64,000 nucleotides of DNA from Octopus vulgaris (taxonomy: Eukaryota), in contig OX597832.1 in NCBI GenBank assembly GCA_951406725.2, positions 19,096,001 to 19,160,000 of the forward strand, in the 5' to 3' direction. The notes below the pieces were generated by a model that saw only the letters and a program-made list of their open reading frames with translations, did not search any database and was not told the DNA's origin. Below, piece by piece: positions 13,811 through 28,877 of this stretch (position 1 is the stretch's first letter; each line of letters begins with the position of its first letter). The position numbers and the translations under genes were made by a program.

Positions 13811-14046
13811 GTAACAGATCTTGTGACGCATATTCATCTTATCAAATTCTCGAACCACGTAACATCAATTTTTGAAACACACTGAATACAAAAGTTCTCA
13901 TCACTTAATTGAGAGACATCTAATTAGAAATGCTAATGCAAATGAGTCGATTCATTACATTAATGGAGGACTTGCGGATTTGTCTTTTTTTTTTAATAAC
14001 AATATTGTGCAAAATGTCATTGAAGTAACGTGTGATTATTTATCAT

Positions 14047-14387
<341 letters not shown>

Positions 14388-14477
14388 TAGAAGGGTAAAT
14401 AAAAAAGGAATTTTTAACTCTTTTATCTAATTTCGGTATATGGTGAAGCAATTAGCTGAACCTTAATTATAATTATG

Positions 14478-14565
<88 letters not shown>

Positions 14566-14656
14566 GAGAGAGAGAGAGAAAGAGAGATAATATCATATAT
14601 CTTGTACATAAGTTATTTGTATATAATATGCAATGTGCAATATATGCATGTCTGTG

Positions 14657-14687
<31 letters not shown>

Positions 14688-15182
14688 ATGTGTAAGTAGG
14701 AGAGAGAGAGAGAGAGTTATATAGGCTAACAGATAGATAGAACTATGTTTCGTGTATGTATGTATACGTTTCTGTGGATGTATATATACGCGAACGAAAG
14801 TAAGCATGTTAGAAATACAAAATCTGTCCATCAGATTACCGCTTGCATTGTTATCTAATTTTGATACAATAACCGCACGTCGCCAGGTCACTTTGCTTGT
14901 ATAAACACGAATTGAGCAATAAATAACATTGTTAAACCTTACGTAAACGGTACCGAGATATGCATACACTCCAGATCAGGTAAACTGACATGCTTACGTT
15001 ACAGGTGTTAATGCTCAACAAAAAGAAGGGATACCATATTTCGGAACCCCAGGCTTGGCTCGAATTTTAAATGAAACATCCGAACTAGGAGGAATAGCAG
15101 TGGAGGCGCAATAGTGCTAAAATCAACTGAGCAAGAAAACAAATTATTCGCCTAAGATATTAGCTCCTTAGTGAAAATTCGA

Positions 15183-15256
15183 TGTAATTCTGTCCTTGTT
15201 TATCCTCTCTGTATTTATCCTCTCTGTGTTTAGCCCTTTGTAGGTAATAAAGAAAC
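15183..15256 (+). mobile_element. 5'-truncated SINE C tail between 28-bp direct repeats
   Basis: agatattagctccttagtgaaaattcga at 15155-15182 and 15257-15284. The insert matches the SINE C 3' end. Confidence 0.8.
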
Positions 15257-15357
15257 AGATATTAGCTCCTTAGTGAAAATTCGACGTCAAATGCCATTAT
15301 TTTTACAAACTACATCATAGGAGTATATTTAGAAACATCAGCTGTAAAATAAAGCGC

Positions 15358-15685
15358 ATAGCTCAGTGGTTAGAGCGTCGAGCTTACGATCGTGAGGTTG
15401 TGAGCTCGAATCCCGGACCGGGCTGCGTGTTGTGTTCTCGAGCAAGGCACTTTATTTCACGTTGCTCCAGTTCACTCAGCTGTAGAAATGAGTTGCGACG
15501 TCACTGGTGCCAAGCTGTACCGACCTTTGTCTTTCCCTTGGATAACACTGGTGGCGTGGACAGGGGAGGCTGGTATGCATGGGCGACTGCTGGCCTTCCA
15601 TAAACAACCTTGCCCGGACTTGTATCTAGGAAGGTAACTTTCTAGGTGCAATCCTATGGTCATTCATGACCGAAGGGGGTCTTTA
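15358..15685 (+). mobile_element. SINE group D: tRNA head + CORE-like domain + distinct tail
   Basis: A box tagctcagtgg, B box gctcgaatccc, then gagcaaggcactttatttcac...ctcagctgtagaaatgag, which resembles the CORE-SINE domain (from recall). Confidence 0.8.
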
Positions 15686-16217
15686 TTTAAAAATGAAGCA
15701 GAGATAACTACTCATTTAATTATATCAGAGTTAATTGGTATGGACAGAATCAATGATTAAGTGATAGAAATTATCAAAACTTGAAAAATATGAGCTTCTA
15801 TTATTTTACAAGGAGCACTAGTCTTGGAATCGAAACAACGATCGTACGATAGCGAATGCAAATCCCTCGCCACCAGGCCACTCGTCTTCATGTGTGTGCA
15901 TGTGTGTGTGTGTACATGTAACTATAGACTTTCCATACGTACATACTAAAAGCCAAATGCGATCAAGCAAGGGACTCCAACAGATAGGACTGCAAGTAAA
16001 TTGACCAATGAGAAACCATATGCTGCTAACCAATTTCTCCGAAAACAGGCCAAAAAAAAGAATACTTTAGCGAAACGGGGATTGAAGAATTCTTTACAGA
16101 TAGACGAAATGAAATGGCCAACGAAGAATACTAAAACAACGACTTTTATAGGCAATAACTTAACAGTAGATAACAGTTCATACAGAAAATGTTTATTGTA
16201 ATGGATTATAAACAATA

Positions 16218-16517
16218 GTGGAGGCACATGGCCTAGTAGTTAGAGCAGCGAACTCGCGGTCGAGGGATCGCGGGTTGGAATCTCAGACCAGGCGATGTGT
16301 GTGTTTATGAGTGAAACACCTAAGCCCCACGCGGCTCCGACAGAAGGTAATGGCGAACTTCTGCTGACTTTTTCGCCTCAACTTTCTCTCTCTTACCTCC
16401 TACATCTTGCAGCTCACCTGTGACGGACCGGAGTCCCGTCCAGGTGGGGAACCTATACGCCAAGGAAACCGGGAAACCGGCCCTTATGAACCAGTCGTGG
16501 CTCGAGAAGGAACAAAT
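16218..16517 (+). mobile_element. SINE group B-related, tail type M, 14-bp TSD
   Basis: gtggaggcacatggcctagtagttagagcagcg head. attataaacaatag at 16205-16218 and 16518-16531. Confidence 0.88.
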
Positions 16518-17929
16518 ATTATAAACAATAGGTTTAAAACTAGCTTCAGTTCCGAACGATTTAGTCCTGCTCTTAGGATTAGATGGCATGAAAAACGAGA
16601 CACAGATAAACTAATTCACTTTCCATGAAATATAGATTCTAAACCAATCTCTGCCTACATACATACACACATATACGCATACATACATACATACATGTAG
16701 ACATATATTTATGTATGCACGCATGTAAGTGTATATGTACGAGTATATGATAATGACATGTTTTCTCTCATTATCAATTTATAGATAACCACTTAGAGCG
16801 GCGAACATTATTAACAATTTTCACTTCTTTTTTGCGTTTGTTTTCTTTTTCATGTAGATATGTTACTGTACAGCTTTTATTGATTTCTGTCAACGGTCTA
16901 CACCAAACGCACCTATAATTTTAGGGTATCACCGGAAATGAGTTTGTGTAACATTTATGACGTTCCCCAGGGATACAGCAGCGTGCATATGCATACGTAC
17001 AAGTAAACAAGCGTGCATACATAAATGTGTGTGTATATATACATGCATATATATATATATGTGTATGTATGTATTATGTATTATGTATGTATATGTGTAA
17101 ATATATTTGTACACACACACACATGTACATTAGCTTTCACCTTCTACATGAACAGACGTCATACTTCACCTATTTCGTTCATTTTCAGACCGGCAATGAA
17201 ACAAGTATTTATTGACCCGCCAGAGTCGGAAAAGCCCTACTTTTCGAAACATCGGTGTCAATGATATATTACTGGCAGAATGATAAAATATATAACACTA
17301 ATTAACACATGCAATTAAATATATATATATATATATGCGTGTATATATTTACTTGTATATATACATGTTGGTGGGTGTATTACTATTTCCTCGAGCGAGT
17401 AGCACATGAATAACATTTTGTCCCTGTCATACTTTGTATACATCGTTTCTGTTCTAGGTTGTTTCTTTCTTTCTTTATTTTTTTTATCAGATGTGCAAAT
17501 CAATTTACAAGCCATATGAAGTTCAATAATGTATCTGAAGAATAATATTTGGGAAATTAACATGCTTTAAACGTGCTTTCCACTAAGCCTATGTAGCATT
17601 GAAGCTCAGATTGTGGTAACCTTTTTTGTAAAGAAAGATTTGCATCATATTTAATCGTTTCAACATGTATGGGGAATTACCAGAAGTTAGACTGCATGTG
17701 CATGTGCAATTTCTCACTCGAAATTTTGTTTTTATGTAGCGCAACATAATTTCAGTGACACTACGGCTGTATCAATCATTTAACACGCACGCACGAATAC
17801 ATACACACACACATATACTCACTCACACACATACACACAAATGTACGTCCCTGTTGGTCAATGCACCGTCTAATTTGGATTAACATCAGAGCACTTAGAG
17901 TATATAAATATACAGATGATGTGATGGTT

Positions 17930-18375
17930 CTTATTCCTTTTTCCTATGGTAATAGTTTTACTTCCCAACGACATGGTTGAGGATCAGTCCCATTGTACGC
18001 GCGGTACATTCGTCAAATCTTATTTACAATAGATTCGGGCCGAACAAGACTTTTTGAGTAGATTTTATAGATAGAAAATGAAAGAAGCCCGTCATATATA
18101 TGTAAGTATGAATGTATGAATATATGTATGTAAGTGTGTGTGTTTGTGCGTTTGTGCACGTGCATGTGGGCGTTATTGTGTAAGTGTTTCTCTCCTAGCA
18201 CCACTTTAATTGAGTTAGTATTTCTACATCACCGAAACTTAGTAATTCAGCAAAAGACACCGACTAAATAAGTAAGGGGCTTAAAAAATATTAAGTACTC
18301 GGATTAATTCGTTCGACTGAAATTCTTCTGCAGTAACATCATGGCTGCAGTCTAATGACTGAAGCAAGTAAACGA
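17930..18375 (+). mobile_element. SINE A, old degenerate copy
   Basis: Retains cttcccaacgacatggtt, tcgggccgaacaagac, tgaaagaagcccgtc and catggctgcagtctaatgactgaa in order. Confidence 0.65.
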
Positions 18376-18384
18376 CTAACATTG

Positions 18385-18450
<66 letters not shown>

Positions 18451-18689
18451 TGTCTATATATATATGTTTGTGTTTATATATATAAATATATATATATAAT
18501 ATTAATTCGAGACAAAACCACTATTTTGCACTATATAATATTTTACTATAAAATTGGATTTAATCCTAAATCTGATTTTTTCCCTGTAAATTTGGATTTA
18601 TTCCCTAATATTTATTAATATAAATATATATATATATATATAATATATATATATATATATGTGTATATATATGTATATATGTATATATG

Positions 18690-18723
<34 letters not shown>

Positions 18724-18782
18724 CATATATATTTATATGTATATATATATGTGTGTGTGTGTCTGTGTCTGTGTGTGTTTGT

Positions 18783-18819
<37 letters not shown>

Positions 18820-19477
18820 TATACATATGTATTTATATATATATATATATATATATGCATACATATATATATATATATATGACTGTATATATATATACAT
18901 ATATGTCGATACATATAAATATATATATGATAAAAGCTCACGTAAAATATATGTGAACATGCACACATGTATGTTGGCCATTGAACCATTACAGCACCAT
19001 GCATAATACATGATGTCATCATATAGAACCAGTAGACTACGTGACATTCTAAACCAGTTTTTTAAAAAAAAACATATACGTAAAACAGGAAAAAAAAGAC
19101 ACAAACACTATTACCTTCATCAAAATTCAATTACTCTGAATGGTTCCGATGAAATCGATACACAGTTGTCACCGTATCTCTTTTCCCCAATGAATTAATA
19201 ATGGCTAAACCTGTTATATTTATACGTTATAACCATATCAACTGTTAGCTTTCTACGAGCTCGCTCCGGTCTTACTTAACATTGATTTATTCAGGGCTAG
19301 AAAGCACCTAGTCTAAATATCTGTCACGATTGTTGTTTTGTTGTATCGGACGGGACAGTAGATAGATTTATTTTAATTTGTTACGGCATAATAATTCTGG
19401 CTTATATATGTGTACTACGTGTATGCGTGTACGTATGAGTGTTTGTATCTGCGTATGCCTTTGTACCTCTATGTGTG

Positions 19478-19513
<36 letters not shown>

Positions 19514-20989
19514 GAGCAAAACGCCTCCCGTCCAATGGACAGGGCTGAGTTGTCAAACATTTAAACCAAATTCCAGGAACTATCCATTAACAATCAGATT
19601 TATAACGAAACATTTAATTTCAATTTTTGAAAGACAGATGTGATACAATACATTTGTAAAAGGATTTAATCCACAGAGCCACTTACTCTGTTTTGCGAAC
19701 ACTTAATAATGATATTTCTTTCAAGAAGTAAATATACTCGTGAACATCAGTGCTCTGTTTGTACAATTTTCTACACCAAAAAGAGGAAAACAACCTGACG
19801 TTTCGAACGGAGCATTCGTGTCAGAGAAAATATGTTATAATTATCTCAAGAAAAAAATGCTATTCGATCGTTCACGCACTGAAATACTTTTTTAGCATTT
19901 ACTGCAAAGATTTCTAATTTAGGCACACAGAGATTGCTTAAGATTTAAAAGGAGACAGGCGCAATAGCACCGACTGCAGTACTTAACTGGTGCCTCATTT
20001 TAACGCCCTCAAACGATAAAATTTAATGTTTACTTTGGTGGGATTTAAAACCAATAAGAAAAGAACGAGGAAAGAACCAACAAGAAAGCCAAAGAGAAAA
20101 GAATACCGCATGGTATATTGCCTGAATATGAAAATACTCTGACGGTTCACCGTTCTTTTCACATTTAGCCAAATGAAATTGAAGATTTGTATTCTTATCT
20201 TCTGTCATGGCACTGCGTAAGATCTGTAGATGAGTTTTTGGAGCGACTTGGAAAATGCCAGGATATAGTTGACTGTTAACTTTTGCTGAAATATATTGCT
20301 ATTCATGTCGGTTATATGAGTTGTCGTTAACGAATTAATTATTTATGACTAATGACTATACAACAAAATACAATATGTGTAGGTGTATGTAGGTGTGTAG
20401 GTGTGTGTGTGTGTTTGTGTGCGTGTTAGGTATTCACCTTGACTTTCATGTACAGCCTGAACAACTGAGTTCTTCCTAGATATCTTTTGATAAGGAAGTG
20501 TACTTTCGTGTCTATGAACTTAGGTATGTGCACGCATGTGTCTGTGTGTGTATCTGTGTTTATGCTGATACGAAAATGATCAAATAATTTAATTAGTTAT
20601 CTGCTTTGCAAAAATATCTTAATGATACTTAATTTACTTTCCACTGAGTGTGAATAGCGGTTTCTCATTTGTAGATCTGTTATATATTAACTTGATTGGA
20701 ATTATAGGTCATATCCTTTCATGTTTATTTACTTCTCCAAATTTCTTATATGTGGGAGTAATTCATACGTCAAGCACATCGTTTGTCTTCTCACTGAAGA
20801 TAATTTAATTTTAACGAGAATTAACATTTCTCGATAAAGTACTGCCTTATATCTATATCTGCAATACTACAGATTTAATTTTGTAACATAAAAATTCATA
20901 GATAAGTGAAATAATTAACCATTTTTAAGAACTGTTCTGTCAATCTAGTTACATCTTGGTTCTCTATAGATATACATATTGGATAGTAG

Positions 20990-21190
20990 TCAAATTTTGG
21001 CACAAGGCCTGCAATTCCAAAGTCGATCTCATCAACACAAGCACTCAACTGGTACTTATTTTTTGGACCTAGAAAGGATGAAAGGCAAAGTCGACTTCGG
21101 CAGAATTTGAACTCAGAATTTAAAGACGGAGGAAATACCGCTAAACATTTTGCCTAACCTGCTAATTATTCTGCTAACTCACCGCTTTTA
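20990..21190 (-). mobile_element. SINE group C
   Basis: gaaaggatgaaaggcaaagtcgacttcggcagaatttgaactcagaa family signature. Confidence 0.8.
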
Positions 21191-21665
21191 GAAGACAGAA
21201 TATTGCCAAATGTGTTAAGACATTTGCTTTTCAATGAAGAGTAACTGTGTTGAATCCTTCTGCAATACCTCTTAGGCAAATATCATGTTTTATATCTTCC
21301 AATCGACATATAAGTTATGAGTGAAATTCGATACGTTTTGAATCAATCGCAGACCATCACGTTGATTACGCCTGTAACTCAAAAATATTATCTGCTTTCC
21401 ATAACTTATACATGTGTCCGAGATAGATCACAACAATCTTTTGAAAGGTGTGCTAGTTTATAGGAGAGGGAATGACTCGGTCACATCGATTATTTGACTG
21501 ATATTTTAACTCTTCTCTCCGAATGGATCAGTGGCAATGTTGATCTTGGGGGGGAAATGAAATCAAGGCGCAAACATCTGGAAGAAATAACACTATTCAA
21601 CCAATTGTACCAGGACGAAGCGTGAAATAAAAGTGAAAGAATTTAGATATATCTAAGAGGATTAA

Positions 21666-21981
21666 AGGAGGCGCAATAGCCCACTGGTTAGGGCAGCGTA
21701 CTCGCGGTCGGAGGATCGCGGTTTCAATTCCCAGACCGGGCGTTGTGTGTGTTTATTGAGTGAAAACACCTAAAAACTTCACGAGGCTCCGGCAAGGGGT
21801 GGTGGCGACCCCTGTTGTACTCTTTCGTCACAACTTTCTCTCACTCTCTCTCACTTCTTGTTTCTTGAGTAACGCTGCGATGGACTGGCGTCTAGTCCAG
21901 CTGGGGGGGGGGGGAGACACATACACCACAGAAACTGGGAAACCGGGCCCATGAGCCTGGCTAGGCTTGAAAAGGGCGACG
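21666..21981 (+). mobile_element. SINE group B, tail type M
   Basis: Head like 27496 (-). Tail ctgcgatggactggcgtctagtccag...gaaactgggaaaccggg. Flanking aagaggatt at 21655-21663 and 21982-21990. Confidence 0.88.
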
Positions 21982-22715
21982 AAGAGGATTTAATATGGGA
22001 CAAGAACCCAATTACATTTGTATGAACGCTTGACAGAATGCAACATTTTTTTAGACGATGAACTTGACAGAAAACATTATTGCGATAATAATTAATATGA
22101 CCTCTTGTGACTCGAAGTACTATTGACCCATTAGCAGTTGCAATTCATAGTTGACAGGGCTTTACAATGAAACTTCAAAGATCTTAGTGTCAGCCACTGT
22201 AGAATAGGACTTCTCTTCCATACAGGTTTACCTGCTCATTGAGATAATCATGAAACTCACTAATAATACTCAGGGTAACCTAATAATATTAACATTTGAG
22301 AAAAGATTTCAATTGGGAAATCAAAATAGGGTAGGACAGGTACGATTCTCACTAACCGTCCTCGAAAAAGAGACATCGTGGATATCAGTAACCATGATGT
22401 CCTAACTCCTAGATTACCAGCACTGGTTGTCTTTGAATCGAAACTACGAAAGTGCTGTCATGAACGCAAAATCCTAACCAAAACAGGTCGCTCGTTTCCT
22501 TATCTGTGTGCATATGTATCTCTGTGCGTGTGCATGTGTGTGCGCGCGTGTGTGTGCTTGTTGTATGCGTGTGCATGTGTGTGTGCGTGCGTGTGAGTGT
22601 GTACATGTAAGTCAAGACTTTCCCTATTCCCATACTAGTAATTTTAAGTAACAGTTATTTTTACCTACTTTTAAATTTTAATGTAAGAAATATTGACGTA
22701 TAACTTTTGCATTTT

Positions 22716-22726
22716 GTATAGATATG

Positions 22727-22795
<69 letters not shown>

Positions 22796-22802
22796 GTATG
22801 TT

Positions 22803-22833
<31 letters not shown>

Positions 22834-22945
22834 TTACACTAATACATCTGTTTGTTGTCTACACCACCCGTCTTCGTCGTTTGCTTTTTTTGTAAATTCT
22901 CCCTATATATATATATATATATATATACATAAACATACATTTACA

Positions 22946-23031
<86 letters not shown>

Positions 23032-23040
23032 TATATATAC
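22716..23040. repeat. Inverted duplication of a microsatellite block around a ~70-bp repeat terminus (22833-22903)
   Basis: gtatagatatgaaca(TA)n(TG)n taaatgtatgtttatgta is mirrored by tacataaacatacattta(CA)n(TA)n ttcatatatatac. Confidence 0.8.
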
Positions 23041-23837
23041 AGGCATGTAGATGTACGTGAGTATGTACCCATATTTGCGAGGTATATTTCATAGAAATAA
23101 AATGTCAATAAGCCACTGGTTAATATTTCACTTATGGTACTTTAAATCCAGACACAAGACAGCACTCAGTGTACAACACTTGCACCGATATTGCTGTAAC
23201 ATATTTGCACCATCTCCGCCAAATCTCCATAGTTTACGTGCAAAATTTGTGAGTGCTATTAATATTTGTACTGGTACAAGATGCACGTAATATTTTCCTT
23301 TTTCTGGTTTATTTTTTTCATACAACGCAACCGTTCGTAAGTAGTGTTTTGCGGCAAAATGTACTGTATGCACCTAGCTGCGTTTTAAAATAATTTTACT
23401 GCTCGTTACTTACATAATAATACCAACAACAACAACAATAATAATAGTAGTAGTAATAATAATAATAATAATAATATGAATATGAATATGAATATGAATA
23501 TGATGGTATATTGTAACACATTTACCGCTTTATTCAGTGTGCCGTAGAGAGTTAATGGTTGACAATTGCTGTCCTAAAGGAACGAAAATGTGTAGTGTAC
23601 GGTTTTAGTACAGCGCCATGTTTTCCGTCATTATGTATGATTCATTCACTTTTAAAAAGAAATAAGCATTTTATATATTTACAGATATAGGAAGAGACAA
23701 ATACCTATTCTCTTTCTTACTCTCTCACTCTCTCTTTCTATCATTCTCTCTGTCTCTGTGTCCGTCTTACTCTCTTTCTCTCTCTCTTCTCTCTCTCTCA
23801 CATACATACATGTATATGTATTCGTCTATCCACACAC

Positions 23838-23871
<34 letters not shown>

Positions 23872-24018
23872 ATGTATGTGTGTGCATATATATATGTGTA
23901 TATGTGTGTGTGTGTGTTTATGGGTGTACATACACCCCTATATGTTGATGTATATATCCACATATATATGAGTATACACTCATAGAAACATACCCATGCG
24001 CAAACATTAATACATACG

Positions 24019-24064
<46 letters not shown>

Positions 24065-24085
24065 CACACACACACATACACACAT

Positions 24086-24149
<64 letters not shown>

Positions 24150-24781
24150 GTGTGTGTGCGTGTGTGTGATGTGTGTGTGTGTGTCTATACTACGTTGTTA
24201 GAGCAGTTTGCATCACTTGACTCAGAATATATTAACCTGCTTATGTAAGTCACATTAACATTTTACGCAGTCTGATATTACATGGTCTTACTCCTATTAA
24301 CCTTGCGATTTGTTTTCTAATTCTAATTGTTTGTTTAGTTGCTTATTCGTTTATTTATTTTTATATTCAAATTATTGCTTTCTTTCTTGTTGTTGTTGTT
24401 GGTTTTGTTTTCCTCGTTCTGCTGTAAATACGATTAAGCTGATCTTCATATTCAGTGAAGATTTCATTAGCCTCTATATCTGCCGAAGATTCAAGAAATT
24501 TCGTGAAACTCACTTCAGAATAATGTTTATAATTTGTAACTCTTATAATTAACGGTTTAACTAAGTTGTTCCAACGGATTGTCACAGTCATAGGCAACAC
24601 TCCGAAACAGAAAAGAATCGGAACCAATGAAGTTGTCACATGTTGGTCTACAAACAAATTGTATGAGAAGCCAAGTTAAATTCCCTCGAAATCATGAATG
24701 AACTTACTTTATCTCATCTTTTATCTTTTACTGGTTTCAATCGTTTGACTACAGCCATACTAGGGCACTGCCTCGAATAGG

Positions 24782-25275
24782 TTTCTTATTGGTTTTATTG
24801 CCCACAAGGGGCTAAACATAGAGGGGACAAACAAGGACAGAGAAAGGGATTAAGTCGATTACATCGACCCCAGTGCGTAACTGGTACTTATTTAATCGAC
24901 CCCGAAAGGATGAAAGGCTAAGAAGACCTCGGCGGAATTTGAACACAGAACGTAGCGGCAGACGAAATATCTATTACTTTACTACCCACTAGAGTCTAAT
25001 CACAGAGAGGACAAAGAAGGACAGACAAACGGATCAAGTCGATTACATTGACCCCAGTGCGTAACTGGTACTTAATTTATCGACCTCGAAAGGATGAAAA
25101 AGCAAAGTTGAACTCGGCGGAATTTGAACTCAGACGAAATGGTCGACTTTGCCTCTCATCCTTTCGGGGGCTTATAAATTAAGTACCAGTTACACACTGG
25201 GGTCGATATAATCCACTTGATGTCCTTGTTTGTCCCTTCTATGTTTAGCCCCTTGTGGGCAATAAAAGAATAAGA
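24782..25275. mobile_element. SINE C cluster: two tandem body units (-) 24782-25140 fused to an inverted partial copy (+) 25141-25275
   Basis: Repeated aagtcgattacat.gaccccagtgcgtaactggtactt, then the reverse orientation ggtcgactttgcctctcatcctttcgggg. Confidence 0.85.
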
Positions 25276-25799
25276 ATCAACAGCTAATTCTTACTCAACA
25301 CATTATTTCATTTTTGAAATAAAAGACAAGAAGAAATATGAAATATCAAAGATACATTCTCAAAAGAAGTCATTGTTCTCATAACTGGAATACAGGAATA
25401 ATTATAATCTCACATCCACACGCAACTAGGTTGATCATGAGCTAAAAAAAATAATAACTTGATGCTAGTAACCGAGAGAAGACAAAGTTTTTTTAAATTT
25501 CTTTTTACTGTTTCTGATATTGTTATTGTTTTGTTGTTTTTATTAATAATGTATTCTTTGAGGTTTTCTGGTCCCAGGGCAGTCGACACCAAGAAAACCT
25601 ATGATCAACTGCCTTCCATCTTTGGCAGTTCTGATTTTCTTGTACGCTAAATTCCATCATCCAAAATTGTTATTTTCTAAAGAGGGAATGGTTGACTTCT
25701 AAGAGATTTGGTTACAATTTCCAGCATATCAAGTGCCTACTCAAAACCTCCTTTTCCTCACTCATTGGCTAAGAATGGTTGTTGATGTTGCTGTTGTTG

Positions 25800-26185
25800 T
25801 TGCTGTTGCTGTTGCTGTTGAGCGAACGATCTTCGTCCCAGAGTTAGCAAGATGGGAGAAGTCCGAAACGTGGCCCTTTGCTATTCGTAAGACCCGCAGA
25901 AGAGAAAGCAGGTCAACCCCCGACACCGAGAGCATCGACGGATGGATGAATGCGCATCCAGGCTCAGCGTTTGCGTAGGAAGTCGAGGACAAGAAACAGG
26001 AAGAAAGAGTGAGAGAGAGTTGAGGCGAAAGAGTACAACAGGGGTCGCCACCACCCCCTGTCGGAGCCGCGTGTAGCTTTAGGAGTTTTCGCTCAATAAA
26101 CACACACAACGCCCGGTCTGGTAATCGAAACTGCGATCCTCCAACTGCGAATTCGCTGCCCTAACCACTGAGCAATTGCGCCTCC
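25800..26185 (-). mobile_element. SINE group B, tail type Z ending in (CAACAG)n
   Basis: Head ggaggcgcaattgctcagtggttagggcagcg. The tail differs from the other B copies. Confidence 0.85.
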
Positions 26186-26331
26186 GCTTGCTGTTGTTGT
26201 CTTAGTCGTTGTGGCTTATGTGACCGAAGCTTCAAGTAAAATCGCTGAACCGAACCATGTGTTCTGCTGCTGTGGCTCTTATCTGATTCGGTTGGTCATG
26301 GTGCTGACGTCAAAACGATTCTACGTCAAAA

Positions 26332-26745
<414 letters not shown>

Positions 26746-27190
26746 GATAATTCTCATTTGGTTTTTGATTGAAGACGGCTACCGTATTGTTTGACTTTTT
26801 TCGAAAAAAAAAAAACTGCTATCGTATTAAATATGGCACAGTGCTAGATTGCGAGTCACCTACGGTTATACGTTCACCAAAACACATGCCTTATTGGTGG
26901 CAAAATAATTACGAAGATGATATTAATAATATTGATTTCTTCCTTAGATGTAAGGTCAATTGAATCGTCTCGATCATCTACTTCAGCTTATCTTATCGAT
27001 TCGCAGAAACCAAAGAAATATATTGTTGCTGTGCTTTTTTTTTTTTTTTTTTTCATTTTTACTTCTAGCATTAAGTCTAATATTTGAAGAAACCGATACT
27101 ATTTACAAAGGATTATCCAGTTGATTAAGACGCAGTATATTACTGGTAGGCATTGCATCGGTCATGGGTATATTGAATAATATATAATAA

Positions 27191-27496
27191 TCACGTGATC
27201 ACGTGACCGACCAGACCATCAGATGTTGTTACACATCGCTGGTCACAATGCGTTCGCATTGTTTTAGCCTTCGAATGACGCCACCCCGCTGGCGAAGCGA
27301 GCAGGCCAACAGAAGAAAGAGTGGGAGAAAGAGTGGTGAAAGAGTACAGCAGGGATCGCCACCCCCTGCCGGAGCCTCGCGGAGCTTTTAGGTGTTTTCG
27401 CTCAATAAACACACACAACGCCCGGTCTGGGAATCGAAACCGATATCCTGCGACCGCGAGTCCGCTGCCCTAACCACTGGGCCATTGCGCCTCCAC
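27191..27496 (-). mobile_element. SINE group B, tail type Y ending in (CACGTGAT)-like repeats
   Basis: gtggaggcgcaatggcccagtggttagggcagcggactcgcggtcg...gtttcgattccc head with A and B boxes. Confidence 0.9.
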
Positions 27497-27551
<55 letters not shown>

Positions 27552-27659
27552 GTAATAATAATAATGAGGAGGAGGAGGAGAAGAAGGAGGAGAAGAAGAA
27601 GAAGAAGAAGAAGAAGAAGAAGAAGAAGAAGAAGAAGAAGAAGAAGAAGAAGAAGAAGA
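27497..27659. repeat. (TAA)n-(GAG)n-(GAA)n microsatellite
   Basis: Directly visible. Confidence 0.95.
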
Positions 27660-27812
27660 CCGTACATGACTACATATGGAAGAAGTTTAGGGACAGTAGA
27701 AATTAGGAGGGGCATCTTTCAAGGAGACTGCCTGTCCCCACTGCCCTTTGTACTGCGCTTGATACCAAAAATACACTGATTATGAGGAAAGCAACAGCTG
27801 GGTATATATTCT
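27660..27812 (+). mobile_element. R4/Dong-type non-LTR retrotransposon RT fragment
   Basis: Translates LGTVEIRRGIFQGDCLSPLPFVL..IP, then with a frameshift MRKATAGYIF. This is the RT GxxQGDxLSP motif in R4/Dong-like wording. Confidence 0.8.
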
Positions 27813-28132
27813 AGAACAACGTGGAAGAAATAGAGTTATGGAAAATAGTCTAAGCATTGGTATGTCCTCGCTTGAACTCTCTCACACTAATCCTCTTAAT
27901 CACTCGTTACTTCCCAGGATGTTGATCTTTCCGGATTCTTTCCGTAATCACATATGTGCAGTCTTCCCCCACACGTTCTCGTCCTAGGAAGGCCTGCGAT
28001 TAAGCATGGCTACTAATCCTTCCTCTAGGGCAAGAAACGTAGACACACAAGTACATACATGCAGTCATATGTGTGTGTGTATGTGTATGTATATAATATT
28101 CATATAATATATATAATATGATGTATATAAAC

Positions 28133-28173
<41 letters not shown>

Positions 28174-28294
28174 AAATATGTACTTATGTCTATAATATAT
28201 ATATATGCATATATATATACAATATTCATATAATATATATATATATATATATGAACATATGTATATAATATACAAATGTATGTATATATATATG

Positions 28295-28413
<119 letters not shown>

Positions 28414-28812
28414 CAGCAGTCTCATAATTATTTAATTGTTTTTAGTTGATTATTTTTTTTCGTTGAGTTCATAACGGTGAGTTTCAATAAATCGTACGAA
28501 GCAGAGTAGTAAAAAAAAATGGAAAACAATTTACATTGATGACAGAAAAAATAAATATATAAATAAAATAATAAATATATAATGAGGTGACGGGGTATGT
28601 GTATATTTCTAACTATGTCAATATGTCGATATGCATTTAGAAATGTCTGTGAGATTGTGCGCGGCTGGTCATGTACTAAATGTGCACGTGTGTATGATTA
28701 ATGTGCACTTTTATAAATGCGTCTGCATTTATATATGCATATAAACGCATACATTTATACACATATGTTTGCATTAACCTATGTATTATATATATATGTA
28801 TGTGTGTTTATG

Positions 28813-28877
<65 letters not shown>

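Noticed and set aside
15004-15114. Possible terminal exon after ttacag (GVNAQQKEGIPYFGTPGLARILNETSELGGIAVEAQ*)
   Set aside because: Short, with no recognisable homology and no partner exons; needs RNA-seq.
15358-15430. tRNA-like sequences here and at the other SINE heads
   Set aside because: They have A and B boxes but no proper acceptor stem, and they run into SINE bodies; several are flanked by TSDs.
25830-25990. HDV-like ribozyme in SINE tail Z (gctaac motif, hairpins)
   Set aside because: I could not build the nested double pseudoknot; no P2 partner found.
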